From assembly GCF_009914755.1 (NCBI RefSeq), contig NC_060945.1: 64,000 nucleotides of DNA; one strand, 5' to 3'. The DNA is from the human T2T-CHM13v2.0 reference genome, Homo sapiens. Both the position numbers and the translations under genes were made by a program. Each line of letters starts with the position of its first letter. Within the stretch, counting starts at the first letter, position 1. Shown one piece after another: positions 13,508 through 27,900 of this stretch. The notes below the pieces were generated by a model, which searched no databases, was not told the origin of the DNA, and was given only the letters and a program-made list of their open reading frames with translations.

Positions 13508-14085
13508 GTGAGAGTGGGCGTTGATTCTGGAGACACCAGCTTTGTGCTCGTGTAATGTAACACGAGTGCCGTTGCTTTCTCATTCTTACACGGCAGTTTC
13601 ATGTCATTGAGTAGAATTGTGCGGAATGCTTTTATGGAGTGAGGCTTCTGCGTTAAACTTGTGCTGATTCCAGGTAAAGTGTAGTAGTAATTGTGAAAGA
13701 ACGTGTATGAGGAAAACGAGCTACAATGTCATGCTTGGAGGAACAAAGAATGTTTTGTAGGATGCTTTGCTTTTTGGAGAATTGTGTAGGGGTAGGGACT
13801 GTTACCCATGGATGATGCTATGGGAATTTGATCATGTATTTGAACACCCTTTACATCAGAGGGTCTGCATTGAATGCAGTTCAGAAGGATAAAGGGTGGA
13901 AATCCCAGATGTGTTAGTGGCAGAGCACTTGAGCGCTTCACATAGTCAAGCAGAGAAATGGGAAGAGGTCGGCTTGCTTCTTCCTGGTCTTTGGGTAGTG
14001 GTGCAAGGGCTGGGCTGGGCTTGAAGGCACTTGCCACTTCTGCCTTTGGACATCTTGAAGAAGCTTAGGGAAGAAAGGCTCCCGG

Positions 14086-14094
14086 TGAGTCAGC
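14086..14094 (+). promoter_or_regulatory. ARE/AP-1-type site TGAGTCAGC
   Basis: Fits TGA(C/G)nnnGC. Confidence 0.55.
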
Positions 14095-14223
14095 TTGGAG
14101 TAGGGTGACTTTGGCGTAGTGATTCTTGTATTGTTGTTTAACCTATGTTTCTGTCAAGTGGTTTACTGTTGTTCGGTATGTTGGTTGGTTAACAAGGTAG
14201 GATGACTCTCTAAAAAGTTGGGT

Positions 14224-14234
14224 TGCTGAGTCAT
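14224..14234. promoter_or_regulatory. Perfect MARE/ARE TGCTGAGTCAT (NRF2 or BACH1 with small MAF)
   Basis: Exact CNC-sMAF consensus ~1.4 kb after the TSS; an intron-1 ARE in BACH1 is known from the literature (recall). Confidence 0.85.
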
Positions 14235-16349
14235 TCGCCCCAGCTTGAGAGGTAATTAGAAACAGCTGGTGCAAATACTCTCATCACATGCCTCCACTAT
14301 AAAAGGCCAAAGAGCGCTCTAGAGAGGTTGCTTCAGAAGGCTGAAGGGGACCCAGCTGGGGTTGTTTTGATACAGGTTATCAGTGGGTGAAGTGGAAGAG
14401 CACTCTTAGGCAGTGGCCAATAGCACTGAGGCGGGTTTAAAGACGGAGCCTCGTGACCTGCTGTCTGAGAATAAATTTGCGCTGGAGAGAGCTAAAACTG
14501 GGGAAGAAATTTGCAGCTAGGGGTAACCCAATAAAAAATATTGTAACAAAAATATTTACTACTCTTACTGGACTTAGTTTCCTTTTTGTGGTTTCTGTTA
14601 CGTGGTCTATAAGTTTCAAGCAGTGAGCTTAATTTGTGCGTCATAAAAATTTGGTTATGAGTACACAGAAGGGACTTGCTCTGTTTCTCATGGCCCTTGG
14701 CTTTTCATGCATACACAAGAAGTTTCAGGAGTCAGAGGAGGGTAAGCACCATATGGGTGGAATTAATAGGTCTCATTGGGTTAAGTCTCGAAAGAGCTGT
14801 TTAATAAATAGCCAACCGTAAATACCTGTCTCATTGTCTTGATTATATGACACCACTGCCTTTACACCTGGTGTCATTGCTTCTTGCTTTAAAAAGGAGC
14901 ACACAACCCAAATATTTATATGAGTCCTCATTGCAAACAAAGTTTAGGAATGGGAAATGTAGAGCTGGGAATTTGGCCCTTTGGTGAAAAAAATGATGAT
15001 TCCTATTAATGGTAGTTCATTTAAAATATTCTGTATTAGGAAAAACGATTTATTTTGTTCCTTTAAGTCTGGGACTAGAGGAGATTAGAAATCATGAATT
15101 TTGTAAGTATTAGGGCCTCCAAGGTGGGGTGCAAGGAGGTTCATTTGGAAGGAATATATTAAAACTTTTAAAAACTTTAATATAAGAAAGACATTAAGCT
15201 TAAAGATGCAGACTAACAATCGTGTATTCATATTATATAATGCGCGTGCATGTCCTCCACCCCTTTGTTGCTGGGGGAACATAGCCTGTTAACCACTGTC
15301 AGTAACATTCTTTCAACAACCGGAATGCTTTTTCTTTTAACTTACGGTTTCCTCCTAAGAGTTCTTTCAGACTGTTAATATTCCATTTAAGTTTTATTTT
15401 ATAGGTAGTTCTATTGTCTGTATGTTTTACTTTAGAAGCTTGAGTGTAAATTTCTTGTTACATTGTTGATACTGGGGATGGAAATACAAAAAATACAGAA
15501 TTTCATTTGATAACCTGTATTTTGAATTTGGAGACAAGCCCAGCGGTTGGTTTAATGTATGTGATCTGAAGTGCAGTGATGTGTAAAAGGGTGCAGTGGA
15601 AATACTTGAAGATAATCTACACATTGGAGTGTAATATGTATAGCATATGTAAAAATTAGTTTGTACTGTTACTCCTTGAAGTCTGTTTTTTTTTGTTTGT
15701 TTTTTGCCAAGCTTATGTTCTCTTAAGATTAATAAGACGACATATTCAGTAAATCCCTTGGGAAGTGGCATTTATTCAGAATATCAACCTCCTACTAGTG
15801 CTGGGGGCGGGTGGCGGCGGTGAGGGTGGTTAGTATTTACCATTCAGTTAAATCTCATGTGCCATGTGCCTTCTACACCCCTGTACTGTGAGAGGTGATG
15901 CTCAGAATAACAGTTGCAAAGCCCGTTAAAATTACCACTTGTCAGATTTTCTCTTCATAGTGCTGATCTCTCCATGACTTATGTTTTAGGAATCACCACC
16001 TCTCTTCTAATTTTCTGACTAATGTTCTGTTAATGAGAGAATTGTCTTAACCCTAAAACCTGCATTCCCTGAGCATTCTAGACAGAGGGTTTATTTTATG
16101 TGGTGGAACGATGATTTTTGAGATTGTTTTGATTTAAAATATATGTCAAATGAGGTAATGTACCGATGGCCAAGGTATGGGTAATTTGAGTGCAATTCGC
16201 CAGAATCCGTGCCCCTTGGAGGGAGTAAACATTTCAGGACTGCAGCTAAAACATTGACTTACACTCTCCTGAAGCCCAGGCACCTGGCTTACACAGTGCA
16301 CTAACATAACTGAAGTCTGGGTTTGATCACTGTACAGTTGACAAAGAAG

Positions 16350-16610
16350 CAGTAAGCAGAATGGTTAAAAAGTAGTTCTGGAGCCAGACTGCTTAAGGTC
16401 AGGTTCTGGTTGTGTCACCCACTTTAAAGCCTTGGGCAAGCTCTTCTACCTGGTAACTAGTGCCTCATTGTTTCCTCTGTAAAACAGGGGTGGTGATAGT
16501 AGAATCTGTATCAGAGAGGTTGTTGTGAGGATTATATGCGTTAATACGGGGTAAGTGGTTAGAACAGTGCCAGCTTTATAAGAAACATCAAGTGTTAGGT
16601 GTTATTATCT
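16350..16610 (+). mobile_element. MIR SINE
   Basis: tctggagccagactgc ... ccttgggcaag ... ctgtaaaacagggg ... gttgttgtgaggatta. Confidence 0.75.
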
Positions 16611-17998
16611 GTTGTTCAGAATCAGGGAAGTACTTAGTTACACAGTAGTGTTTTATAGCTGTTGAGAGCTGAATTGCCGGCATTGATCACAAGTGAGACT
16701 GGAAAAACAACCCGGGGAACACTCTTATGTTAAGTCAGTAGCACCATCTCAAACATACATCCAACTTCTGAGGGCAACGAACACAGGACATAGCTTTTTA
16801 CTTAAAGGAATCTTAACAGTCTCAGCGGAGTGCTTGAGGTAGTCACTAACCAGTTAATTGAAACTGGCTTTTACGAAATAAAAACACTTGCCATTCTTTG
16901 GCTAGTCTTTTCCACGTTGTAGTTGACATTGTGGCCTGGCAGCTTTAGTAACCTGTCCACCCCTCCCTTCTTGTTAATACCAGAACAGAACTAGTTTCTC
17001 AGTACATATTCCTGGGCCCTATCCAGTTTGTTGGAAACATTTAGAATGTAAATTTGTAAGCTAATTAGTTTCTTCTAAGTATTATGTTTTCTTTAGATGA
17101 TATGCCTGTACTAATACAGAAAAATTATCCATGAAATGGATATGAATACAATGGACATATTTATCGTATAGCTTTTTGTACCTGTTAGTAATTCAGAAAG
17201 GTTGTGTTATTTTGACCATTCTTTCAGCCAGATTGTAAGTTTCCTGATGGTGAGAATCTGTGTCTTTCTGTTTTATCTCCTATGGCACTCTGAATGTGCC
17301 TTGGCTGTGTTTCTTTAATAAACTGTTGGTTGCTGAACTGGGTGGTATGATATGCGTTCATTCTAGTTCTGTGATTTTGAAACTTGGGAATGTTTAACAG
17401 ATTGAAGGAGAGAACATCGTGTGTGGTACCTTGTAAGTGTGCACTGAGTTGAAATTCTTTTGATTATTTAGCTTTCTACTTTCTGTTTTTATCATTGGTG
17501 TGATTATTGAGAAGGCAGCTGGAATTAAGTAATTCTAGTTCATCTCCTAAGATAGACATAAAACTTGTCTTGTGACTTATTTTTACCCATAATTGGATTA
17601 GAATTGAATTGAGCAAAATATAATTTGGTTTTCTAGATGTTAAATGTCTTATATGTCTAATACTTTGAATATCACTCCTCTAGAACAGGTTCTTTGTTTT
17701 ATTTAGGATCAGGGACAGGTTAGAAAATATTCAAATATTCATAGGATAATAAAAAACTGCCCTGAAGCAAACGTGAGGAAGAAGAAATAGTGGTAGCCAG
17801 AATCTTGGTTGTTAATGACCAGTGTAGAAACACAGTGGGCATGCAGTGAAATTGGCTGGCAGCTGGTTCCTTCTCAGTACGGGCACAATTTAGAAAATGT
17901 TACATTAATGCAGCTGAAATTTTGTGCAGATCATGTTATTTGAAAAATAAATGTAAACACTTTTTGCAGTGCCTTAGGAAAGTCATCGTTCAAACTAA

Positions 17999-18333
<335 letters not shown>

Positions 18334-20075
18334 CCTAATTATTCCCAGTTTCTTTCAGGTAAAGTTTTTTTCACTTTTTAAATTTATCATTTTTTTAGAT
18401 CAGATCAGTCAGTGGACAGTTGCACTCTACTTCCCCATCCCTCATTAAAGTGGAATTACACTAAAAAAGGTTTTCAATTCCTTTGTAGCCTGGACATTAG
18501 TAATAGCCTACCTCTAAGGCTGTAGAGTAAATAGTATAGTAAGGGAAATGTCCCTCCCTCCCCCTACACACCTTTTTTCCAGTTATCTCTTCTTTTTATT
18601 GATTTGTCTGCCTCCAGGACCCTAGGGAGGTGTTTTTGTCCTAAGGAGGTGAACTCCTGAGGGTCCTATTGAAGAAATAGGGCGACCTATCCACCCAACT
18701 TCCTCTTTACTGATATCTTCACATGCTTATTGCCTTATTCATTTTCTAAAGTGTGCCAGCGTCTTTCAGAAGTCAGCTAAATTAGTGCAGTTGCTCATCC
18801 ATCAGACAGTTTTGTTATAAAATATGTGGCTATAAAAGATTGAATAAATTTATTAGGTTGTAATTTCATTAATGTGTATTTTATATTTAAATATTATTTT
18901 AAAAAATGTACAGTGGTTATCTGATCTTGGCCCAGGCCTCTTCAATTTCCAGTGTACCTGATGTCTCTTTATCAACTGTTTTTCTGAGGTGTATCTCAGC
19001 CTGGCCTTGGGTACTCCCCTAGGTAAGAGTCATAATTCAGGTTAAAAGAGGTAAGAAAAAAAAAAGCTTTTGGCTTTTGTAATCTTGTTTTTTTTTTTTT
19101 CTTTCACATTAGCAAAAGACTGTTGAAGTAGAGAGCATTTTGCCCAGCTCACTCGGATTCTTTGCTGGCATGCCTTCAGTTTCAGTTGTCATCCAGAGAA
19201 GTCAAAGGAAATGCTGCTTGGGGATGAGCATGTAATTACGATTAACTTTCCCTACTTCGTTGTCTCTTTGTGGTAAAAGACTGTCACAAGTGCTATTCAA
19301 ACTATAGGTATTTTTTTTTAGATTTCTAAAAAGTATATTTTGTCTCTGAGGGCCTCCTGTCTTTGGACTAGTTTGTCTTTTTCCAGACCCCAGAAAGGCT
19401 GGGCCACCTTTTCTTCTTTGAGCAGGTTGGCAACAGTGGTCACAAATAGCAGAGGAGCTGAGATTCTAGAGAGCTATCCTACCACTGCTTCTCAGATGCC
19501 AGTGTGGAAACAGCCTCTTCTTTTTTGTTGAATTAGCTTGGAACAGCTCTCTAATCTCTGAAGAGTGAGGAAAAACTGTGTTTTTAAGTTTCAAGGCTAA
19601 GGCACTGTGTTCTCTTTTCTCCCTGTTCCTGCTGCTGTTCTCCCCCAACTCACATGAACACATACTTAACTTTCAGTGTGTGTGGACAGTAGGGTTGCTA
19701 AATTCATGTCAATATTTGTGGCATTCCTACATGTTAGGCATTTGGTTTACATTTAACTTATGAAACAAATGTTTAGGCTTTTATAAGCCAGGAACTTTTC
19801 CAGATATTGGCAATAATGAACTTTTCAGAAGTTACAGTCTAATAGACAGGCAAACTATTCCCATAGCATGCTATAGTAGCAACATGTAAAATGTGCTGTG
19901 GAACCACAGACTATTAAAAGCCTAAGTTTTGGGAAATCAAGAAAGCCTTAGGGATGTTTAGTGATGAATGCATAGGTTAGTGGAGGAAACAACTTGTATC
20001 AACTCAATTTGAGAAGCTTAGCTGTGAATAAGAGGAGAGAGAAATAGATTTTAGTAGGGAGAAGTTGGGTCAGGA

Positions 20076-20078
<3 letters not shown>

Positions 20079-20116
<38 letters not shown>
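20079..20116. repeat. (GT)n microsatellite
   Basis: Directly visible. Confidence 0.95.
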
Positions 20117-20118
<2 letters not shown>

Positions 20119-21312
20119 TTAAAAATCCAGTCAATGGAAAAAGGTTGAAGATGCAGGCAACGTCCTTGTTTTGTCCTTGGCAAGTTCCTCTTATGGTTGC
20201 AAGATGGCTGCCACAAGTTCAAGTGTCACAAGAAAATATGACTTAAGTTTCCTGGAAGAAGACACACTTTTTTTTTTTTTTTCCTAGGTTGTTGCTATCA
20301 GTGAGAAAAATTTTTCCCTAAAGCCTCATAGCAGATGCTACCTTGTCCCTCTCTCCTCTCTTCATAGGTCAGCATTGCACACAAGCCAGTGCCTAAATGA
20401 GTCAAGGTCAAGGGGAATAGTACCGCTGTGATTGGCATAAATGGATCGTGATTCATCTTAGGTTGTGGCTGGGGTCTACTTCCTTGGAAGTTGATGGCCT
20501 CGGGTTGAGAGTAGATACGTGAGCACAGTCAGGGTTTGGTTAGAAAGTGAGGGGGTGAATGGTGTTGTGCAGTTAACAGTGACATCCTTGTCTACTAGTT
20601 CTGCCACCACTACACTTAGATACAAACTTCGGAGGAGAAAAAGAAAATGTGCTTGCCTTTGGATTTGGAATTTTAGGTGACTTTTTTTCCTCTTATATGC
20701 CATTTCCTTCTATGATCAAGTAGCACTTTTACAATCAAATCAAATCAATGGTTTATTTAAAAATTATTTAAAAATTGAAAATGCCAATTTTGTCAATAAA
20801 TATATATAGAAGAAATAATTTTTTTTTTCAATGCTTTAAACATTTCAAAAGTTCCCTGCCATTGTCTTATTCCTTTCAGGGAGAGGAGAACATATAATTA
20901 TATCTTGTAGTTTCTGATTATGTGTATACTAAGAGGACTACTCTGTCCCTCAGTCCATAGTGCACACCCACCTGTGGTCTCTATGGCTTGCACTGAGTGC
21001 TGAGGCCAGCCTGGCTCAGATAGAATTGTTAGTTCATTGGCTAGATGGGTCAGGATTCTTTAGAATGCAAATTCTTGAATCAGGAGTACAAACAGGAACA
21101 TCTTCCCTTTTCTACACACTCATTCCCCTCCTCGAAGGGAAAGCTGTCCCGTAGTTAGCTTATTCGTCATTCTTTTCAGACTTTAAAATTAATGCCACCT
21201 TAAGTTTATACAGTATTCTTGTAGTACTCCTAACTTTTCTGTTTTGCTGTATGTGTACATTGTAGAAAGATTAAATCAAGCTAATTAACATGTCCATTAC
21301 CTCACTTACCTT

Positions 21313-21331
21313 TGTGTGTGTGTGTGTGTGT
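21313..21331. repeat. (TG)n microsatellite
   Basis: Directly visible. Confidence 0.9.
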
Positions 21332-21372
21332 GGTGAGAACCTTTAAATCTACTCTCTTAGCAATTTTGAAAT

Positions 21373-21660
21373 ACAGTAGGATCCCCACCCACTGTTTTAC
21401 TTTCAGCAGTTTGTTACCTGTGGTCAGATGAAGTCCAAAAATATTAAATACAATAGATATTTTGAGAAAGAGACAAACATCACATTCACATAACTTTTAT
21501 TACAGTATATGGTTATAATTGTTGTATTTTATTATTGTTAATCTCTTACTGTGCTTGATGAAAAAGCATAGTATATATATAGGGTTTGTTACTATCTGCA
21601 GTTTCAGGTATCCACTGGGGTTCTTGGAATGTATCCCCTGTAGATAAGGGGGACACCTGT
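21373..21660. mobile_element. Tigger-family MITE (MER44-like)
   Basis: cacattcacataacttttattacagtatat ... gtttcaggtatccactgggg ... atcccctgtagataaggggg. Confidence 0.65.
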
Positions 21661-22876
21661 GTATGTTGTTACAAGTATGATCACTGTGTAAAAGCACTTT
21701 TGTATTTCATTCTTGTTCCTTCTCAATCGCAGGTCTGGGTGCTTTCTGTGCTGTGAAAGGCAGACAAATAATGTAAATCCTAAACACTTGAGTGTTGTAA
21801 ATTTACAAAATGAGAATTGCTCAATGGTTGTTTCTTTTTGAGAGTAACAAATAGACTGTGATAAATGGCCAGAGTAGGCTTCTGAACTGGTATTAGTTTT
21901 TTGGATAGAATTTAGAAAGACTTGTACTACCAATATAATTTTTGTCTCAGATAAATGCAATAGTATTTCCCTACTCAGTAGTTCCTCAGATGCTATTTAA
22001 ACTGAGCTATATTTCAGCTTTATTTATAGGCTGCAAATTGTTCCTTATTTGGCTGAATCTTGTGGTTATGATATAATGAAAAGTAGTTACTGAGATCACT
22101 GGTGCAAATCTGTAGCTTGGAAATCCTCATTTTAGAAATGATTATTTTGACTCCCAAGTTAAATAGTAAAAAATAGACTTATGTTTTTAGTTTTAGCTAT
22201 GTATATTGAGAAACTGTGGCCCTACGGTGGCTGTTAGGGATTAGTGGATTAGGTTGTTTTTAAATAAGACATTTCAGTTTAGTATCTCTACTTGAATAAA
22301 ACAGTTTCAAATTTGTGATTCATATGATATACTGATTGCCCTACGGTAACTTCTGTTTTATTTAATTAAAATTGTTAACATTCTTTTTTATACTCTTAAG
22401 CACCTCCCTCCACCCTCACCCCCCTTTTTGACTCAAATTTTATTGTGAGTTGGTGTATAGTTAGGAATTTGAAGAGCACTTTTTTTGTTTATTTTATCTT
22501 TTCGGTTACTATGCATACTATGTGTGTCAACTCTTAAACCTGCAGGGGGTCATTTTGGCCATCAACTAGTTTTAGGGCTTTCGCCTCCTAAAGAATATGA
22601 ATTATGGTTGTAATTTTTACAGTTTAAAAAACAAGATGGCATATGAAGAATCTTTATTTCATTATGAAAATAGAACATGGATGCTTAATCCTCTGTATTG
22701 AAAGTAACTTGTAGTGAAATACTTCCTAGTGTTCTCTTCTTCTAGTTGTCCATATGTAGTATGTATAACTATAGACCTTGATGATTTAAGTTGAGCACAG
22801 TTTAGTGTCAGGTTCCTTTCAGTGATGCATGAGATTGGTTATATGATCTAGTGAGTGTTATTTAGAAATTAATTCA

Positions 22877-23185
<309 letters not shown>

Positions 23186-24329
23186 TCACCAAATATTGAT
23201 TAATAAGGGGAAATTTGTTGTTCCACAAATGCCCATTTAATCTGTTTGTGTAATAGTGTTCCTTCTCATCACACACAGGATACTTGGGGTATTTCTTGAA
23301 CTCCTTGTTCTTCCATCCCTCCTCAGTTTTACCTATTCTTCCCCCACATACCACTTGAGTCATGTAACATGAATTGAAATGTAATATTTGGACCTGGGAG
23401 CAGAGACTTTTTCAGTCTTTAAATTATTGCCCTTCTCAAGCCTTTAGTTTCCTTATCTGTAACAGAAGCGGGTCATCCTGGATGAATGTGCTTTTTTAAT
23501 TGGAAATTCTTTAGGTCTGTGAAATTAGCCATTATTTTGGGCAGACTTGTGCAATTTTAATATTTTCATTTTATCTTGAGATCCTTATTAAGCTTAACTG
23601 AATTTTTATTATAGGAAGTGTTAAGCCAGGTAATTTACAGAAGATCACATGGTTGATGATATCAGTAGAGCGTTAATCTGATTATCCACAGCTGCTGGTA
23701 GCCTTAAAATAACCTAAAACTTGATTTCCTGTTGTCCCTAATAATTCTGTGTGTTTAACACTTCATATTTTTCAGAGGGCTTCGTGAGACAGATAGGGTG
23801 GGAGCTACCTACTTAGGCTATCTATTCAGTTTCACACATGCACATTTGCCCTTGTTCACATGGCTAGACTTGACTTGATGGGTCTTTCCTCCTCATTTTC
23901 CTATAGCAGGGTTCTCTCATTTTTTTTAAACACCAAGTCTTCTTTTTATTTTAGATTTCTATAAAATTTAATTTATTCTTTAGTAATTTATTGTGAAGAA
24001 TCTGCTAAGTTTTAGAGCCCATCAACTTATCATGTAGTGACAAACCAATTATCTGCTGATGACTGTAGGAAATATCTACTCTAAAGGGGGAAAATGTAAT
24101 TGGCAATCTTTGGGAGATTTCACGACAATCAAAATAATTGTGAACTATCTTTTTAACCAAGGCACATTTTTTGTTTGTTTATAGTTATTTATTCCAACAT
24201 TTTTCTGATTATAAAGTAGTATGTATTTATGGTTAAGAATTTGAATGCAGAAACAAAAATTACCTAGATCTTACCATGCTAATATTTTAATTATATATCC
24301 TAACAAGGCATGGTGATGGTGATGAGGGT

Positions 24330-24790
24330 GGCAACCAAGATTTCTGGACATACTGAATTGGTGATGCCTATTAGACATACAGGTAGTAATTTGAGTATGC
24401 AGTTGGCTATATGAGTATGAAATTCAAGAGAGAAGTCAAGATTGGACCAAATACGAATATGAGAGTGTTCAGCAAGTCAGTGAAGTGATCGTGTCTCCAT
24501 TGTGGGTCCAGATGTGTTCACCTAGGGAGTGTGTGCAAAGAAGAAACCAGAGGATTGTGGTATCCTGGAAGCCAAGTGAAGACAAGGTTTCAGGAAAGGA
24601 ATGATCAACTTGTTAAATATTGCTGAGATGCTGTGTAAGAAGACTGAACATTTGCCATTTGGTGATGTGGAAGCTGTTGAGCTTCACTAAATGGTTTCCA
24701 CGGAGTGGAGGGGAAAAGGCTTGTTTGAGTGGCCTCAAATGAAATTGGGAAGAGAGGGAAGAGACAGTGTGAGTATAAATGGTTCCTTTT
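24330..24790 (+). mobile_element. L2 LINE remnant
   Basis: gatgcctattagacat, tcctggaagccaagtgaag, tgctgagatgctgtgtaagaagactgaa. Confidence 0.6.
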
Positions 24791-26229
24791 GGAAATTCAG
24801 TACAGGAGAGCAAAGAATTATAGATCGAGGGGTATAAGGAGGGTCAATAAATTTTAAGAGAGGATCCATTATTCATCAGTTCCATTAAAGGCAAATGCAA
24901 AATTTTATTATGTGCGTGGTTTTCTGGTGGAAGTTCAATAGATTTCATCAGATTCTGTAAGGCAGAGAACCAGTGCTCTAGTGATTTGGCAGTTCAACAG
25001 CTCATTTTTCTGGAGGATACCCTTAAAATTTTAACTGATTTAAATTAATATTCACCAGTATTAAATAGTATGTGTAACATCGTACCCAAACAAGATGTCT
25101 TTCTGTATTTTTTTCTTTCCTTCTCTTAGTTTTGTTAAAATCTTTTTAGTTCAGAATATTCTCTATCAAATGCCTTTTCTATTTGAAGACTCTCCTAAAA
25201 AGTTATATTAATACTTGCAACCAAGTGATCAACCATTTACATTTAACTAAATTTTGCTACTTTTGTTTACTATCTATTTAAACATTTTAAGTTTGTGTTT
25301 TTAGTCAAAGTAATACTTGTTGGTTTTTGTTTGTTTGTTTTTTTAAGTACAGAGAACAACCTTATCTGCTGCACCTCACCCCCTAATTCTGCTTCAGTTA
25401 TGTGCAATGTTTACTGGTTTCTGCTATTTAATTTTTTTGGTGGATACCTCTGTCTAAAATGTTTACACCTCAGTTTATTTATCAACCTAAGATATTATCT
25501 GTTGACTTGGTATTACTGTGGGTGATGATTTCGTTTACTCTACTATCCCCCCACATGTATTTGTAATCTTATTATTCCACTTCTACTGTTGATCACCTCT
25601 GCAACTCCAGCTCTAAACACTTTTTTTCTGTTTCTTTTTCTTGTCTCATTAATCTGAGGCAGTGCCTTTTGACTCTGCACATTGTAAGTTGTATGGAAAT
25701 ACCATTCCCATTCTTCCTGATTCTGTCTCCCAGCCTGCTTTATTTTGTCAAGGTTAATAATATTTACATTCTATGCTATAGTTATAATTAAGTCTCTCAT
25801 TATTTGTCTATTCTAAAAGTTGAAAAAAGTCACAGAGATGTAAAGTGACATGCTTAACTGACAGTGGAGTCCTCAAGTTATAAAGTGCTATTAATCTTTT
25901 GTGCTGTCCACCCATAGGTATCCCTAGAGCAGCGCTAGCTGCTGTTTGGCAGTTTCTGGAGAAGCCTTTATGTCCTTACTTGTGCTCCCTGATAACAACT
26001 CTGTCCTCATCTTCAGCCCCTGATTGTGGGATTTTAGGGGTATCTGAGATGTAAGCATTTAGAAAGTGGTGTAGACAAACCGTGGAAGAGGCTGAGTTGG
26101 GAAATTTTACGTGTTGGGGGAATTTTCATTCTTTGCTTTTTTCCCCTCCCCTCTTTCTTGTGGGAGCCTTAACTGGGATAGTAACAATTGCACCCGCCTC
26201 TCTGCCCATTAGTTGCTCATCTTAGAAAA

Positions 26230-27900
26230 TCTACAGTTAACATATTTAGTGGCGAAATACTTAACACTTTCCTTATATGGGAATGAGATGAGGATACCCA
26301 CTGTCACCACTCTCACTATTCGGTCATTGCAATAAGGGAAGAAAAAGAAATAAGCATAAAGACGGGAAAGAAGTAAAATGGTCTCTGTTTGCAGATGACA
26401 TGATTGTGTGCATAGAAAATCCTATGGAATCCACAAACAGCTATCCGAACTAGTAAGCAAATTAAGGTTGCAGAATTCACGGTTGATATTTAAAACGATA
26501 ATTTTGTTTTTACACAATAGCAACAAAACAAAACAAAAGAGAAAATGAAGTTTAAAAAAACCAACTCTGTATGCAGTAACTATAAACATTAAATGCTGAG
26601 GAATATAGCAAAAGCTTCACAAGCCCTCTACTAAAAAGATCATAATAATGCTGAGATAAAGAATGCCTAAGTAAATGAAGAGAGATGCCATATTCATATA
26701 CTGGAGGACTCAGTTTTTTAGATGTTGGTTCTCCCCAAATAGATCTATATTTTCATTGCATTCCTAATCAGAATTCAACTAGCTCTTACAGTAGAATTTA
26801 ATAAGAATTAAAAAGCCCAGAAGAATTAGACATTTCACAAAAGAAGGTATACAAATGGCTAATAAGCACATGTAAGGAGGCTCAACATCCATTACTTATC
26901 AAGAAATGCAAAGTAAAACCACAGTGAGATACCACCATACATATCAGGATAGGCAGGATTAAAAAGATGACAGTACCAAGGGTTAATGAGAATGTAGAGC
27001 ACGGCTGTCCAACCTTTTGGCTTCCTTGGGCTGCATTGGAAGAATTGTCTTGGGCCACAAATAAAATACACTAACACTAACGATAGCTGACAAGCTAGGA
27101 AAAAAAAAAGGTCCATGCATGATTTTCATGCTATCTGCCACCGCCGATGAAACAAAACAGTCCTCACGTTCAAAGGGATGGACACGTCTTACATAGAGCA
27201 TTCTAATTAATTGCCATACATTGGAATTGTCATACACTGCTGGTAGCAAGATAAAATGATACAGTCACTTTGGAAAACTATTCAGTAATTTCTAAAAAGT
27301 TAGGCATGTGCCTATAATATGACCCAGCTCTTCTACTCCTAGGTGTTTACCCAAGAAAAGTGATACACGAAATATATGTCCATGCAAATGTTCATCAAAG
27401 CTTTATTACAATAATCCCAAATTCAGAACAATGCAAGGGTACATCTTTATTATAGTAGTCCATCAGAGTCAAATGGATAAACAAATTGTGGCATATCCAT
27501 GTAATGGAGTGTTATTTTGTAATACAAAGGAACATCTGATGTATGCAACAACATGAATGAACCTCAGAAACATTAAGAAGTAATGTTTCTGAGTAATGAA
27601 AGAAACCCGAAGTAAGAGTACATAATATGTGATTCTATTTGTATAAAAAGAAAATGCACATTAATCCATAGTAACATAAAGCAAATTATTGGTTACCTGG
27701 AATCAGGCACAGGGAAGGGTACATGTCAATGCCCTTGGAGGAAGGGGCGTGTGAAATTTTGAGGACTGATGGAAATTTTGTCTTGGTTGGGGGTGGTGGT
27801 GGTGGTTTTATGCACATATACAGTTGTTAAAGGTCATTGTATTGCATGCTTTAAATAGATATGGTTTATTCTATATAAATCATACCTCAAAGTTGCTTAA
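26230..27900 (+). mobile_element. Old L1 (L1M) fragments, ORF2 to 3'UTR
   Basis: tttgcagatgacatgattgtgtgcatagaaaatcc, gacatttcacaaaagaagg, atatgacccagc...ctcctagg, aatggataaacaaattgtggc. Confidence 0.8.
27000..27190 (+). mobile_element. MER30-like hAT MITE inside L1
   Basis: ggctgtccaaccttttggcttccttgggctgcattggaagaattgtcttgggccac ... ggatggacacg; flanks atgtagag/acatagag. Confidence 0.7.

Larger units (their letters stand above)
11850..13580. promoter_or_regulatory. BACH1: CpG-island promoter of BACH1
   Basis: Very high GC and CpG density; GC boxes (ggggcggggc ~12684), ETS-like ccggaag (~13071), AP-1 TGAGTCA at 12783-12789, Inr-like TTCAGT around 12831. Confidence 0.95.

Noticed and set aside
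12011-13583. Long ORFs (up to 318 aa) on both strands of the CpG island
   Set aside because: Arg/Gly/Ala/Pro-rich, mostly non-ATG starts, overlapping in several frames; expected from the scarcity of stop codons in GC-rich DNA; no recognisable domain.
26230-27900. L1 region as an active or coding element
   Set aside because: Fragmented, many stops, interrupted by a MER30-like element.
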